This document shows, piece by piece, positions 46,716 through 59,718 of a stretch of 64,000 nt of DNA. Position 1 is the first letter of the stretch, and each line of letters starts with the position of its first letter. This DNA is from Neophaeotheca triangularis (taxonomy: Eukaryota), in assembly GCA_054600435.1 (NCBI GenBank), contig BAAIJX010000026.1, positions 1-64,000 of the forward strand. The letters are read 5' to 3'. The position numbers and the translations under genes are program-made. The notes under the pieces were generated by a model. That model was given only the letters and a program-made list of their open reading frames with translations. It was not told the origin of the DNA and ran no database searches.

Positions 46716-48544
46716 GAGGTAGGGTGGTTACAGACGCGAGGGCGTTTTTCCTTTTCCCCCGGCTCTCTTGCCTTGCTTTTTGATTCGGATCTGCTCCTTT
46801 ATTTAATCCTGCGCCTACCTACCTACCTACCTAGTTACCCTGTTGTTGTACCCCTTACACACCGGCTTGATTGGATAGGATAGGATGGGTATGTAACGAA
46901 ACGAAGGGCGGCGGGCCAACGAGCGCGGTGAGCGAGCTTTTGCGGTCGCTTCTAGGTTTTTTTGTGCATGGAGGCTTCTTTTGTTTATTCGTCTCTAGCT
47001 GTGCTGCTGGAGGTATGCTTGGGAACTGTTCAGGGGTCGCCTACTACTACTGGTCACGTTCTAGTGCGAGGCCTGTGGTCTTGTCGCTTCCGACGAGGTT
47101 TGGGATTTCGTGTGGAGATTTCGCAGAGTTACTGTATGGGTGATGATGGAGGGATAGGGTATGTAGTTGGCCCGGTGGTAGCGCGCTGTTTGACCGCTCT
47201 TTTGGAAACGCTTGCACTATACTGTGCCTAGGTAGTGTAGTGTATGTATGTGCATCTTTCTGCATGCAGGTAACAGCTCAGGATGGATGTTTTGATAGCC
47301 GAGGACGCTGCCTCGAGACGGCCATTTGACTTGAAGGAATCCCCTGCAGACGCCATGGTCGAGAGCAGATAGTGTCATCAATGTGGCCTTTTCTCCTGTA
47401 CTAACGTAACGTCCTAGGGGGCCCGGTCAAAAGGTTCTTGTCGCGCTGCCGCTCGTCTCGCTATACATGTCACTCGCTACTACAACTGTTTCTACAGGCT
47501 ATTGTGCATGTACATACTAGGTACCCGACTGGTTTTAGCTGTTCATTGCCGTGTAACCCGCCGAGACGGTACGGTAGACTAAAAACGAGGAGGTTTATGC
47601 TTTTTTTTTTTTTTTTGACCCGTGTGACGGGCTCTCGGAACGTTTGAGCCGAGGAGGGCCGGTAGTGGCATTAATAAAAGGTACTACTCTCTTTGCTTAA
47701 GGTTGATTTCAGGTTTGAGCGTTTGGACTTGGTGATGAGCTGACTTTTGGGTACGTGGACTTTTCCAAGTGTTACTTTGGGAGGGAAAGGGGGGGTAGGA
47801 GTACCGGGGAGATACGGCGGTAGCCTGGGTACTGGTGGTGATTTGGGGAGGGTGTGATGGGGAGGTGGAGGGGTTTGTCTGGTGAATGCATGAATGCATG
47901 AATACATCCATGGATGGCTTTATTAGTAGGTATATAGTCGGGTCAGCAGTTCCCCAATAGTTCTGTGATCCGTCGCTCCGGTTGAGACGGGCAGCCAAGT
48001 ATACTACTACTACTACTAATATGTAACTAACGCATGGAAGAAGCGAAGAAGACGGACGACGACTGGACCGGGCTCCTGGCGCTTGCTTTGGAACTATGTA
48101 CCTTGACTACCTTACCTACCTTTTACCTACTAGTACTAACTACTAGGTACGGTAAGGTACTGACACCTGCAGCAGTACTAGTAACTTCCATAGTACTAGC
48201 GTCCTGCCGGTGTACTTGGTTGAAACTTGCAAGTCATCAATGAATTATTAGGTATTAGGTATTAGGTACTAGGTATTATTACCATCAACTTACAGTGACC
48301 TTCACTAAATTAGGTAGATATGTATGTGTTGGTGGACGTGCAAAGAGGAGACGGGAGAAAACCTGAGGGAGGAAGAAATGAAAATAATGATGATGATGAT
48401 GATGATCATCTCGTCTCGTCTCCTGCCTCCTACCACCTTACCATCCTTCCCACCCGCCTTGATCCAAGGCTGATACAACGTCGGCATGCCTTGCCTCAAC
48501 TACCTTACAATGTACTAGGTACCTTTCCAATTACAACGTCCCAC

Positions 48545-48610
48545 AGCTACTACCACTACTACCACCACTACTACCACCACCGCCACCACCACCACCACCA
48601 CCACCACTAC
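48545..48610. repeat. (CAC/TAC)n microsatellite
   Basis: Direct reading. Confidence 0.85.
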
Positions 48611-49006
48611 CGACGTTCAATTACTCTTTTCTCTTCCTCCCTTTTCAACTATTATAGACATTTCATCAACTAAGCCCGTCTTTGCCATCTACGACATCGA
48701 CACCTTTCTCGGAGAGCATCGATAACCCTGCCATCTCAACCACGAACGGCAAGCGAGAGTCGCCGCATTTCCATATCCCCCCAGAACTCACTTGTCGGAA
48801 AACAGCACCCACCCACCCACGCAGCTAAATACTTGCACAACGCACGCATCCAGTACTACAATAATCTACAGTACTACATACACAACACAACACATTACTT
48901 CCAGCTTCTCTCACCTGCAGCAAAGCGAATCCCGTACCGCTGGGTCTCGAAGAAATCTCCGTGCAACACAACCAGCCAACCAACCCGAGCGCGCCTACAG
49001 CGCTAC

Positions 49007-50817
49007 ATGACCATGGCCTCGGAATCTGCAAACATCCCCATCGTGAGCATTCTCCTTTTTCTTTCTTTCTCTGTCTGTTTGCTCTCCTCGCATCGATTCG
49101 CATCTACCTCGTTGCATTTCTTCTGTCGTTGCCCTTTCGCTTCTGCGTCGTTACCCCATCCCACCCCGCCACAGCTTGCTTTGCATGCACCCGACGGCTT
49201 GCGCAGAACGAGAAAAGAAAACCAATAATGAACGCGCATGCGCGCGGGAAAGCCATGTGCAATCTCTCCCGTGTCATGCATGCCGAGCGAGCAGGCCGTC
49301 AGCATCAGCAACATCGAAGCCTGCCATTGAATTCGTTCTTGGTACGCTAGTGCTTCTCCTGCTTCGGGGTGCTGACAGCCGCGTGCTTTTCACGGTTCTA
49401 GGACGGCAGGTATATTGACAACAACAATGATGATGATGATAACGAGGGTGGAGACAGCGAGGACGATTCCATGACTTGGTCTTCGTGAGTCCCATCGACG
49501 TTTCTTTTCCCGTCTCTCTTCCTGGTACTTTCCCGTCGACTACTTCGATCATCGCATTGTTCACTTTCTTCTTATTATATCGACACTATGGCCCGTGGCG
49601 ATGACCTAGCTGACCATGCGTCTTCACGCCAAAGTGGCCGCACCGTGGCAACGACTACTACCATGTACCGACATGAAAACGGACGAACATATCACGCCTA
49701 CCGCGATGGCGAATACTGGCAACCAAACGACGCCCAGCAAAACAACCACGAGGGTATTGTGTGAGTCGACTTGAGAAGCGGCCTCAATGTCAATCTGCTA
49801 ATGCTTTCAGCCACCACCTCTGCATCTTGACCCTGCGAGACCGCCTCTTCCTCGCCCCCATCACCGACGACCCGAAACACATCCTCGACATTGGAGTCAG
49901 TAAATGCCCACGTCCCCCACTCCTTTACCCCCAAATACTAACCCCCGCCGAAACCAGACCGGCACCGCCATCTGGGCCATGGACGCCGCAGACAAATTCC
50001 CCTCAGCCCAAGTAATCGGCACCGACCTCTCCCCACTGCAGCCAGGGATGCAACCCGACAACTTCACCTTCGAAATCGACGACTGCCAGAGCGCCTGGGT
50101 GTACCCGGAAAACCACTTCGACTTCATCCACATCCGCGGCCTCTTCGGCAGCATCTCCGACTGGCCGGCCCTGTACCGCAACATCTACACGCACCTCAGA
50201 CCGGGCGCGTACATCGAGCAAATCGAGTGGAGCGTGCACAACCGCTCCTCGGACGGGCTGCTGGTGCGCGACGGCGTGCTCGGGCAGTGGAGCACGACTG
50301 CTATCGAGGTGGGCAGGCTGACTGGCAAGACTTTTGAAATCGCCGAGAACATGGCCGGCTTGATTAGGGAGGCCGGGTTCGAGGAGGTCGTGGAGAAGCG
50401 GTACAAGTGGCCCATTGGGCCGTGGAGTTCGGACAAGAGGTTGAAGGAGACGGGGAGGTGGAATTTGCTGAATTGGGAGGAAGGGATGGAGGGTTGGGTT
50501 ATGGCCGCTTATACTAGGGTGCTTGGGGTAAGTTTCTTTTTCGAGTCTCTGTTTTGTTTTGTTTTTCGCCTTTCGAGGCGTGGTTTGGTTGGTTGATTTG
50601 AGGATGTTGCTGACGGTTTTTGCTTTGCTTCGCCATTTTAGTACTCGTTTGCCGGGGTTCAGGAATTTCTGGACCAGGTTCGTGCGGCTTTGCGCGATAG
50701 GAAACAGCACGTTTATCACGAAGTGTAAGTTTGACATGAGCGCGAGGGGGGTTTCAAGCGACTGCTAACATGTCACTTAGGCGACTAGTGTACGCCCGCA
50801 AGCCTTTAGAGTCATGA
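49007..50817 (+). CDS. LaeA-like SAM-dependent methyltransferase; proposed exons 49007-49042, 49402-49484, 49635-49760, 49811-49895, 49958-50527, 50642-50724, 50781-50817
   Basis: Acidic N-terminus, YRHENGRTYHAY, YWQPND, LFLAPI, LDIGTGTAIWA, GTDLSPLQP, FEIDD, FDFIHIR, WPIGPW and VYARKP; canonical introns. The start exon is the least certain part. Confidence 0.88.
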
Positions 50818-51344
50818 AGTGAGATAAAGACTGGGACTGGAACTGGATTCCAGCGCTGGGGGTTTGACTGGTGGCTTTGGATACGCTATACTTTTGGCTA
50901 AAAAGATGGAGGGACTGCTCATTCTATTGATACCCGTGCTTTGGGCCCTTTGCGTGCGGCCGTCCATAGATCAATGACATAGACTGTTAATTTCCGTACT
51001 CGTGAGGTTCATATATCTTTTTGTCAAGTCCTGCTCTGCTGAAGTCTGCCCGTTTCCCGCCAGCAAGGGACGATAACGTCCTCGATGCAGTAGCCTGGGA
51101 CTGTTTGGTACCAATGACCGGTTCCCCGGGTCGTGCCGACTCGGCGGATTCATGTCATCGTATAGTGCAAGTCTTGCCGATGCCGGGACGCCGTCACCTT
51201 CCACCGGATTACGATGGACCTGGGTAGCCCTACGCGGTGCTCAACGGGCATAGGCACAGGTCCTTCACATCGCGGCAGTAAGCTTTCCTAACCCACTGAG
51301 CGGGGTCTAGTCTCTCTCTGTGCAGGAACGGGGCCTGAAGAGAG

Positions 51345-52206
51345 CTAACCGGTCGCCTTTTCTTTGCCCTTGCTGTCGGGAACCGTTCGGATGACTTCGA
51401 CGCCCGGTGCTTCGGCGAAAGCTATGGCTCGCGGTTTCTCCAGGCGCAGCTGCACAGTTGCTCCCGGGCAGTTTCGCGTGAGCAGTCGCCCGTTGAGACC
51501 GTCGATCACGTAGTCTACGAGGGACTCTAGCGTTTCGAAGGCGGTGCTTGTGATGAGCTGGATGAGTGTGTGTGTGTCAGTGATGTTCGGTCGTGTCGGT
51601 TTCAAGGCGATGCGCGCGGCATACCTCAATCATCAGCCGCTCGATCTGGAAAAGAAAGGCCGAGGGCAGAGCGCCGTCGAGGCAAAAGTTCGCCACCAGG
51701 GGTTGCCTCCCGGCTCGCTCGTACTCGTTCACGCCGACCAGACACATAGTATTGACGTCGCGGAGGTAGAGGCCGGCGTTGTCACCAGCAGGAGAGCTGC
51801 AAAAAACGAGCCCGCAAAGCCCGAACATGGCAGCCTTGGGCAACACGAGCTCGACTCTCTGATGGGCAATGACGGTCTTGCCGGAAGCGCGCTCGCCCAT
51901 TTTCTGCGCGGGCTCGAGACCGCAGTCGTTGATGACGCGGTCGTAGAATTGGCCTTGTTCGTTGGCGGCGCGGATGGCTTTGGCCAGTTTGCCGTAGTGG
52001 ATCGTCGAGTCGTCCAGGGCGTCTTTGCTGCCCGCTGAGGCGAAGCTGCCGACCAGCGTGAGCGTTACGCTGATTAGTCCTGGTTGCTCTTTTGTCTTGC
52101 CCCAGGCATCCATGGCCCAGACGTTTTCGGGGAGTTGGAGGTTTTTGACCGAGACAATGTCCTGGCCGGGTTGCCTGGGGCCCGACCAAGATGCTGGCCA
52201 GTCCAT
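51345..52206 (-). CDS. Stand-alone dihydroneopterin aldolase (FolB-like, tandem domain) protein; exons 52206-51625 and 51557-51345
   Basis: DAWGK..EQP, TIHYGKLAK, GVNEYERAGRQPL, FETLESL and LEKPRAIAFA motifs. Confidence 0.8.
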
Positions 52207-52757
52207 TGTCGGGGAGAAGGTAGTTTTGGGGAGCCGGGGGATTGTTTGGTCAAGTGTCGAGTAGTATCGAGCAATGTCAAGCGTGCTTTCAATCCGTTGT
52301 TACGAGCCTGGGTGACTTTACGTCTTGGAAGGCACTTTTCAGAACATCTGCATGCGCCTCATCACCCGCAGCTGCGTCTAGTGTTCAGGTCACTATCCAC
52401 ATCCCAGCCACAAGGTGACGTCGGGAGGGACCGGGCGGGCAGCTCCGAGTCCCCAGCTCGACCTCCAGATATCCAATACCTACACATGACACCCCTCGCA
52501 ATGAAATTAGGTAGAGTACTACTTCATTACCACTCATGTGATCTGCTACACACGTGGTGACACTGTGCCTCTTCCCCGTCTCCACCTCCCGCCTCCTACT
52601 GACCTAATTTGAATTGCGCTTTGTCAGTTCGTGGGCTCAGGCAAGCGACATGCTTCCTCTTCTTACCTCAACCTAAGTACCAAACTCAACGAGCCGTAAC
52701 CTTCGCGCTTGCTTTGAACCCTACCCTGACCCCAGTCTTGGCCTTTTGGAAGACATT

Positions 52758-54587
52758 ATGAATACAGCGGCCGACGAAGAGCCCGAAGTGCGCGCAGCAG
52801 ACTTGCACGAGGATGAAGTCGAGACGCGCGAGGCCTACGAGTACTGGGGCTACCTCTTCAAGGCCGACAAGACTGGCACCGATAAGCTCAAAAGTCTACT
52901 ACGCGGGCTGAAGAACAAGGTCAACGAGCAGTACGAGCGTTCTGATAACCCTGATTTGACACCTACGCAACTGGGCCATTTCTATCGCGAACTGGGGGGC
53001 AACTATGACCAGCTATTCTTGGGCACGCCTTCAACGGCCATCGCGTTCATCTATAAGAGCTTGGGATGTCTGCATTCGTTGCAGCCCCAACCTCACTCGA
53101 CGTTCACGGAGCCCACGATACCGGCTCTCAAAACTGAAGGTTGGATTATGTGGCAGACTATTCAGATCTTACTGGGCCCGGAGGAACATGCTACGTTCTT
53201 GAGGGAGGCCGTGAGAAGGTGGGATATCAAGGACCCGCGCACAGGAGAAGTCTTCCCCAAGCTGCTGCCACGCGAGTCGTTCCCGGCCGAACCAGACAAG
53301 CATATGGTCGCATGGTATGAGGGAGTGTCGGAACGCCTTAGGAAGGAGGCGGAGGAAGAGGAGGAGAAGCAAAGACAGATTGATCAAGCGGATGCGGAGC
53401 ATGATAAACTCAGGATACGTACCGAAGAGGCCGACGATGATGATTCACACGATTCTAGGGCGGCTCTGGCTTACTTCAGAAACCCTTTGTACAGGCATGT
53501 TGATGGTAGACCCAGCATCGTCCGCAAGACCAGCAAGAGGCCAAATTTGAGCCCTCGACAAACCGTGATGGATAAGGGAAAGCACGCAGCGACGACTGTC
53601 GGCCATGTTGTGCGTAACATCGCCAGCCCTAGTCTGTGGGATGGTGGACACAGCAGCAGCGGGAGTAGAGACCGTGACCGCGATAAGAGACGTCGCAGTC
53701 TTCCACACCATTACCCAGGCGAAACACCACCAACCGACTACTTCGATCGACAGTCTTCTCGACATCACTCTCACCACCACAGTCGACGACCCTCCACCGC
53801 GCAGGCTGAGTCTCCACGGGCAGGAACCCCTCCCATAGTCAGTCCACGCCCCCGATACGATAGGCACTACGATCCGCACCTGCGTCCTTCCAAGTCTCAC
53901 GAGCCAGCGCCGAGTCCGGGCGAATACTTCCCGCCGTTCTCCGCCTCGCCACAGCCGCATGATAGCCGCCGCAACTCCGCCCACGAGCCCTCGCCTGATC
54001 CAGCAATGAATCAAGATGCGAACTTCCAACAACCTTCTCCTGGCTTAGGTCCTTCTTTCGGACCTTCGCAATCACCTCTTTTCGCCTCTCACATAGCACG
54101 TCAGCCTCAACCTACAATCCCGAACAGCAACCCGTACAATTCACCACCGCAACAGCCCCAACCACGCCGCAGCGAAAGAGATAACGACCGCGACCGCCGC
54201 AGAGAATCCCGCCATGACTCTGAACCACCCCGCGACAGACGCAAATTCCACAGCCCGGACCGTCGCTCACGCAGCCGGCACTCGCGCCCCCACAGCCGCC
54301 ACTATCCCGAGAACCTCGAGCCGGAAGACCCACCACGCCGCCACACAAGCCACCGCCACCACCCCTCGACCTCCAACCGCCGCAGCGGCTCCGACGTGAG
54401 CGCCAACCACCCTCAAGCTCCGGGCGGCCACTCCTGGCCCCGCGACGACTACGAAACCGACGCAACCACGGGCTCAGGCCCTGAGGGCAGGGACAGCAAA
54501 GAAGGGCGCCGCGGTACTCGCCCCAAAGTCACGCGCTTTGTGACGCCCGTCAAGGGCGTGCACGGCCGGAGCTATCCCGTCGCTTAG
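52758..54587 (+). CDS. Conserved fungal hypothetical protein: folded N-terminal domain, long R/S/H/P-rich disordered tail
   Basis: Long ORF; YWGYLF, LTPTQL..FYRELGGNYD.LF and IPALKTEG.IMWQTIQILLGPEEH resemble a widespread Pezizomycotina family of unknown function. Confidence 0.85.
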   Translation: MNTAADEEPEVRAADLHEDEVETREAYEYWGYLFKADKTGTDKLKSLLRGLKNKVNEQYERSDNPDLTPTQLGHFYRELGGNYDQLFLGTPSTAIAFIYKSLGCLHSLQPQPHSTFTEPTIPALKTEGWIMWQTIQILLGPEEHATFLREAVRRWDIKDPRTGEVFPKLLPRESFPAEPDKHMVAWYEGVSERLRKEAEEEEEKQRQIDQADAEHDKLRIRTEEADDDDSHDSRAALAYFRNPLYRHVDGRPSIVRKTSKRPNLSPRQTVMDKGKHAATTVGHVVRNIASPSLWDGGHSSSGSRDRDRDKRRRSLPHHYPGETPPTDYFDRQSSRHHSHHHSRRPSTAQAESPRAGTPPIVSPRPRYDRHYDPHLRPSKSHEPAPSPGEYFPPFSASPQPHDSRRNSAHEPSPDPAMNQDANFQQPSPGLGPSFGPSQSPLFASHIARQPQPTIPNSNPYNSPPQQPQPRRSERDNDRDRRRESRHDSEPPRDRRKFHSPDRRSRSRHSRPHSRHYPENLEPEDPPRRHTSHRHHPSTSNRRSGSDVSANHPQAPGGHSWPRDDYETDATTGSGPEGRDSKEGRRGTRPKVTRFVTPVKGVHGRSYPVA

Positions 54588-56919
54588 GAGGCTTTGACGA
54601 CGGATGATCCTGAGGTTGTGAGGTTTCAGAGCCCGAGTGTCGAGGGGAGCGAGGGTGGGGGGAGTGGGAATGGGAGTGTAGGTCATGAGGGTGAAGAGGG
54701 TTTGAGGTGGTGGTGGGAGGATGAGAGGGTTGGGGGTGCGCAGTGAATGAGTGAAATCTCTGGTGGAAGGAGATTACCGGGTTTGCTTTGCGCACGCTTG
54801 ACTTTTGCTCCATCTCGTCCTTCATTCAAGTCATGGTTTTCTTGCTGCTGTTTATGTCTTTTGGAATGGTGGAAACGATACCCCAGGTTCTCTCTTAGCA
54901 TTACGCGTCACGATGATTCCATCTCTATTAGGGAAGTCTTGCTTCCGCACTCGATAACACTCTCCCGCAACTCCCCACGCTGTCCCTCCACCACGACAAT
55001 CAGAATCCTTACCATCCTATCTATCCACACAGCAAAAAGTCTGAAAGCATCCCATGGCCAGCAAAGGACGCGGGTGTAAGAACGCAGAACCCGTGACGCC
55101 AATGACAATCTTCCAAATCACCCTTTAACCACCCAAACCACCTCCTCACGTTAAGGTAAGGAGGTACTTCTTTATCATTATCATTTAGGTACAAGAAGAT
55201 GGCAACCGCCCCGGCGTGGGGCATCTTTGGAGCCTTCTCCCGAGACCCGAGACCCGCTATAACTTGCCGATTGCAGCGGGCGGACGACCCGAGTGGGTTT
55301 TTTCGACGAGTCTCCCGAAGCGGGAGCGGTGGGACTTCCAAAAGGTTGTCCTTGAACTTTTTTATTTAGGAGGTCCGCTGGTTTCTTTTTTTGGTCTTGG
55401 AGATGTGGCGTGTGCCTGCCTAGTACTGTACGGTGGGGTCCGGGATGGTTTATTCTATTGTTTAGAGTGTTTGCAACTGTTTTTTGATAATTTCCGAGGG
55501 TGGGGAGGGAGGATGTGTTGGTGGTCTTTGTTAAAGGGGGTGGTGGCGGGTGTGTTGGGTGAAGTCGGTGTCGTGTGCGACTGCTTGTAGCGAGTTTTGG
55601 GGAGGGGTTTTGTTAGGTTCTTGGTAGAGGGGAGGTGAGGCAGGTACGGTAGGAGGTACTAGGGTAGTGGTACATAGTAGTAGGTTGGTGAGGCGCTGGG
55701 ACAGCTCGCTTACTACGGTAAGGTAGGTACCTTACCTTACTACTGTGAGTTACCTTACGGTAGAGATTGAATGTGTGGCTCTTCGTGGCTGTGATGAAGA
55801 GTGGCGTGTTGGGGCCGGCACTCCTATTCTTATTATTAATATTCAGGGGAGACATCTAGTCTACAGCCCCAGATAGGGCTGCATCAGCACGCTGCACTGT
55901 ATCACTCATATGTACTGTAAGGTATACGGGTGATGGTTGTGTCTCGCCCGGGCCTTGACTTAGCGACTTCTCAACGCGAGAAAGCATTGGGTGAAGGACT
56001 TGGCAGATGGTGAGACGGACGGGATGGATCATGTTCATGGGAGCATCTGGAACGGTAGCACCTACTAGACCCTAGTAGTACCTAGTAGGTAAGGTGTTGT
56101 TATTATTATTATTATAGGAAAGCTGTGAGAACGTTTGTTGTGAACCTAGTGCTCTACCTCCTAACTTATTAAATTACTAGTCTCAACCGTCGAGGCTTTT
56201 TTTGCTTCGCGGCTGGTCTCGCCGATGCACTCTGCACTACTAGTCTGTCTACCCTACCTAGGTACTAATACCACTACTACTAGTCTACTACTACTACCGT
56301 CTGTCTGCAGACACGGAACCCTGCTTCTCGTGGGATGGAGATGCCGACCCTACTGTACTTTTACTAGGTACTACTACTACTGACTACTCACCTACTCCTA
56401 CTGCTACTACTGCTGGTGCTTTCGAGGTCCATCAGGAGCTCACGGGGTGACGGGACTCAGGGCAATAATTAATTAAACTATACCAAAGTCTATCATCTTG
56501 CCCCTGCCTCACATGCTGCTGCTTCTACCTACATACAATACCTACCTTACCTTACCTTACCTTACCTCTCCTTTGTGACTTCTCCTTCCTGCCTGCCTGA
56601 TCTGTTTAGGTCCTTCACTTACCTCCTCATCTTCTCACCCGCCATCCTCACCTGGAAATCTTGGAAATCTCGCATTGACCGAGCTTATCGTGGCGATAGC
56701 ACGGACCACCTTGTCCTCCAGCCGCCAACCTTAAGGTATAAACAAGTACTAACCCCCACCCTTCATGTGAGTTTCTCGAAACACCACCTACCCTACTTCC
56801 ACCTTCCAACTTTCTTTCTCCCTCCCACCTTTACTACATACCTCCACCTCGTCAACCTTCCCTCTCTGACACAGTCACCCTTCAGCTTATACACCACCCA
56901 CACAACACACACCTTCAAC

Positions 56920-59036
56920 ATGGCTTCAGCTCTCCCCACTCACATGAAGAACGGCGGCGCCGAGGCCTTTGACAAGGACAGGCACCACGGCAAGAGCCAG
57001 TCGCATGTTGTAAGTTTCAATCAACTATTCCCAGTGAACGAGATGTGGCAAGAGGAGGTTTTCACTGCAACTATTACTGCCTCTGGACACCACACGCCTG
57101 CTGAAATGGTCAATACCCCGGTGCATCACCGGCATCACCGCCCTCCTTCACCGCCAGCCGCACCAGCAAGCGGGGCAGACGCGGCAGAAGCGAGCCATTG
57201 GCCGGTCATGCATCCCTTCCGCCCCTACCAGCTGCAAGTGTGCATCAATGCCACTTCTACAAGCACAACTTTCTGCCGGGGCTTCTGCCTTGGAGGCGCT
57301 TCACACCATGGAGCACCCACATTCAGACAAGAACACCTGCTCAACTCCCACAGAACACACAAACCTCAGGCAAGGCCGGTGCCAGCGCGGAGCCATCGCT
57401 CATGGCCCGCGCTGGCGCCGAGGTTGCGGCAATATTGCAGAAAACCGTTAAGAGAATCATATAGGACGAGGCGAGCTCTTGGAACATGGACTGACGTGAG
57501 CTTTTTGCCCACAGGCTTTCGAGAATACCTCCACCTCGGTGGCAGCCTCCCAGATGCGCAATGCGCTCAACAACCTCGCGGATACGGTCGAGGACCCAAA
57601 GGAGAAGCAGGTTCGTGGCGCCAGCTACTCATCACAGCGTGAAATCAAAAACGCTAATAATCCAAAAGAGGTTCGAGACTGAGATGGACAACTTCTTTGC
57701 CCTCTTCCGTCGTTACTTGAACGACAAGGCCAAGGGCAACGAGATCGACTGGGCGAAGATCTCCCCACCCAAGCCTGAGCAGGTGGTCGACTACAACAGC
57801 CTTGGCAACTCCGAGTCTGTTGACTTTCTCAGCAAGCTCGCCGTCCTCAAGCTCAATGGTGGTCTCGGTACCTCCATGGGCTGCGTTGGCCCCAAGTCGG
57901 TCATTGAGGTCCGTGACGGCATGTCTTTCCTCGATCTGTCCGTCCGCCAGATCGAGTACCTTAACCGCACATACGGCGTCAACGTCCCCTTCGTTCTCAT
58001 GAACTCCTTCAACACCGACTCCGATACCGCCAACATCATCAAGAAGTACGAGGGTCACAACATCGACATCATGACCTTCAACCAGTCCCGCTACCCCCGT
58101 GTCCTCAAGGACTCTCAGCTCCCCGCCCCTAAATCATCCAAGTCCCAAATCTCCGACTGGTACCCTCCCGGACACGGTGACGTTTTCGAGTCCCTATACA
58201 ACTCTGGCATTCTCGACAAGCTGCTCGAGCGCGGTGTCGAGATTGTCTTCCTCTCCAACGCCGACAACCTCGGTGCTGTCGTCGACCTGAACATCCTCCA
58301 GCACATGGTTGAGACCAAGGCCGAATACATCATGGAGTTGACCGACAAAACCAAGGCCGACGTCAAGGGTGGCACCATCATCGACTACGAGGGCCAGGCT
58401 CGTCTTCTTGAACTTGCTCAAGTCCCCAAGCAATACGTCAACGAGTTCAAGTCGATCAAGAAGTTCAAGTACTTCAACACCAACAACATCTGGATGAACC
58501 TCCGCGCCGTCAAGCGCGTTGTCGAGAACAACGAGCTGGGCATGGAGATTATTCCCAACGGCAAGAGCATTCCCGCCGACAAGAAGGGTGAGGCCGACGT
58601 CAGCATTGTCCAGCTCGAGACTGCTGTCGGTGCTGCCATTCGTCACTTCAACAACGCCCACGGTGTCAACGTCCCGCGTCGCCGCTTCTTGCCCGTCAAG
58701 ACCACCTCCGACCTCATGCTCGTCAAGTCTGATCTCTACACGCTCAAGCACGGCCAACTGATAATGGACCCCAACCGCTTCGGCCCCGCTCCCCTGATCA
58801 AGTTGGGCGGCGACTTCAAGAAGGTTTCCGACTTCCAGAGCCGCATCTCCTCAATCCCCAAGATCCTCGAGCTCGACCACCTCACAGTCACCGGCAAGGT
58901 CAACCTTGGCCGTGGCGTCGTCCTCAAGGGAACCGTCATCATCGTCGCCACCGAGGGATCGACCATCGACGTCCCCCCTGGCTCCATCCTCGAGAACGTT
59001 GTCGTGCAGGGCAGCTTGAGGCTGTTGGAGCACTAG
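56920..59036 (+). CDS. UGP1: UTP--glucose-1-phosphate uridylyltransferase; exons 56920-57009, 57515-57610, 57669-59036
   Basis: [43 protein letters not shown] and RRRFLPVK; strong C-ending codon bias; in-frame GT-AG junctions. Confidence 0.97.
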
Positions 59037-59718
59037 AGTGTGATCACGGAAGAAGCGAGGTGTGTACGAGGAAGAGCTTGCACATAGTGTCCAGAGCGAG
59101 CATAGAAAACGAGAGAGGGGGGCATGAAATTATTCGACAGCAGTATTACCATGGCTGCTTCAGGACCATTTGGGTCATTAAAAGGCTTGCAGCTAGATGG
59201 GGGATAATGGCGTAGATACCGGAAATTGCTTTGTAACTGTCTATTCTATCAAGCCACGTGATATTTTCTTTTTGCCGTGTAATTATCAGGATATCGCTGT
59301 AAGTGAACCATCTTCAGACCGTACATGGAAGACGGTGAAGTCGAATGGATGGTGGAAATTCAAGCTAAGACCCTGGATCAACGCCCAGCAACAGCCGCGG
59401 CTACACATCCGACGTCAATGGGTAAACACTGAAACAGACCTGGACCCCAAGCTCGCGTTTCCAGAAAGCCGCTACCGAGCATTATTATGAATGTTTAATC
59501 TTACGCCCCGCCCTACCTTGTTATTGCGTAGCCAGCTGCCTAATAACAAGGCTACACGCAGATGCCTTCCAATTGTCTTATGCAGGCTCTTGGCCCCCGG
59601 TGTTGATGGACGACGTCTGTTGTACCCCGCCAACTCTCTTTACTCTTCTACACACCTTCATCACGCCCACTGTTTACAAAGGCCGACGGTCGGGGCTTGT
59701 TGGGAAAGGAGGCCTACC

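Noticed and set aside
34502..52206. Secondary-metabolite cluster (dioxygenase, ABC transporter, LaeA-like methyltransferase, FolB-like)
   Set aside because: No PKS, NRPS or terpene backbone gene; the genes are widely spaced and mostly housekeeping-type.
56575..57642. 355-aa ORF upstream of the UGP1 core
   Set aside because: Read-through of the UGP1 5' region, exon 1 and intron 1; the spliced model explains the conserved parts.
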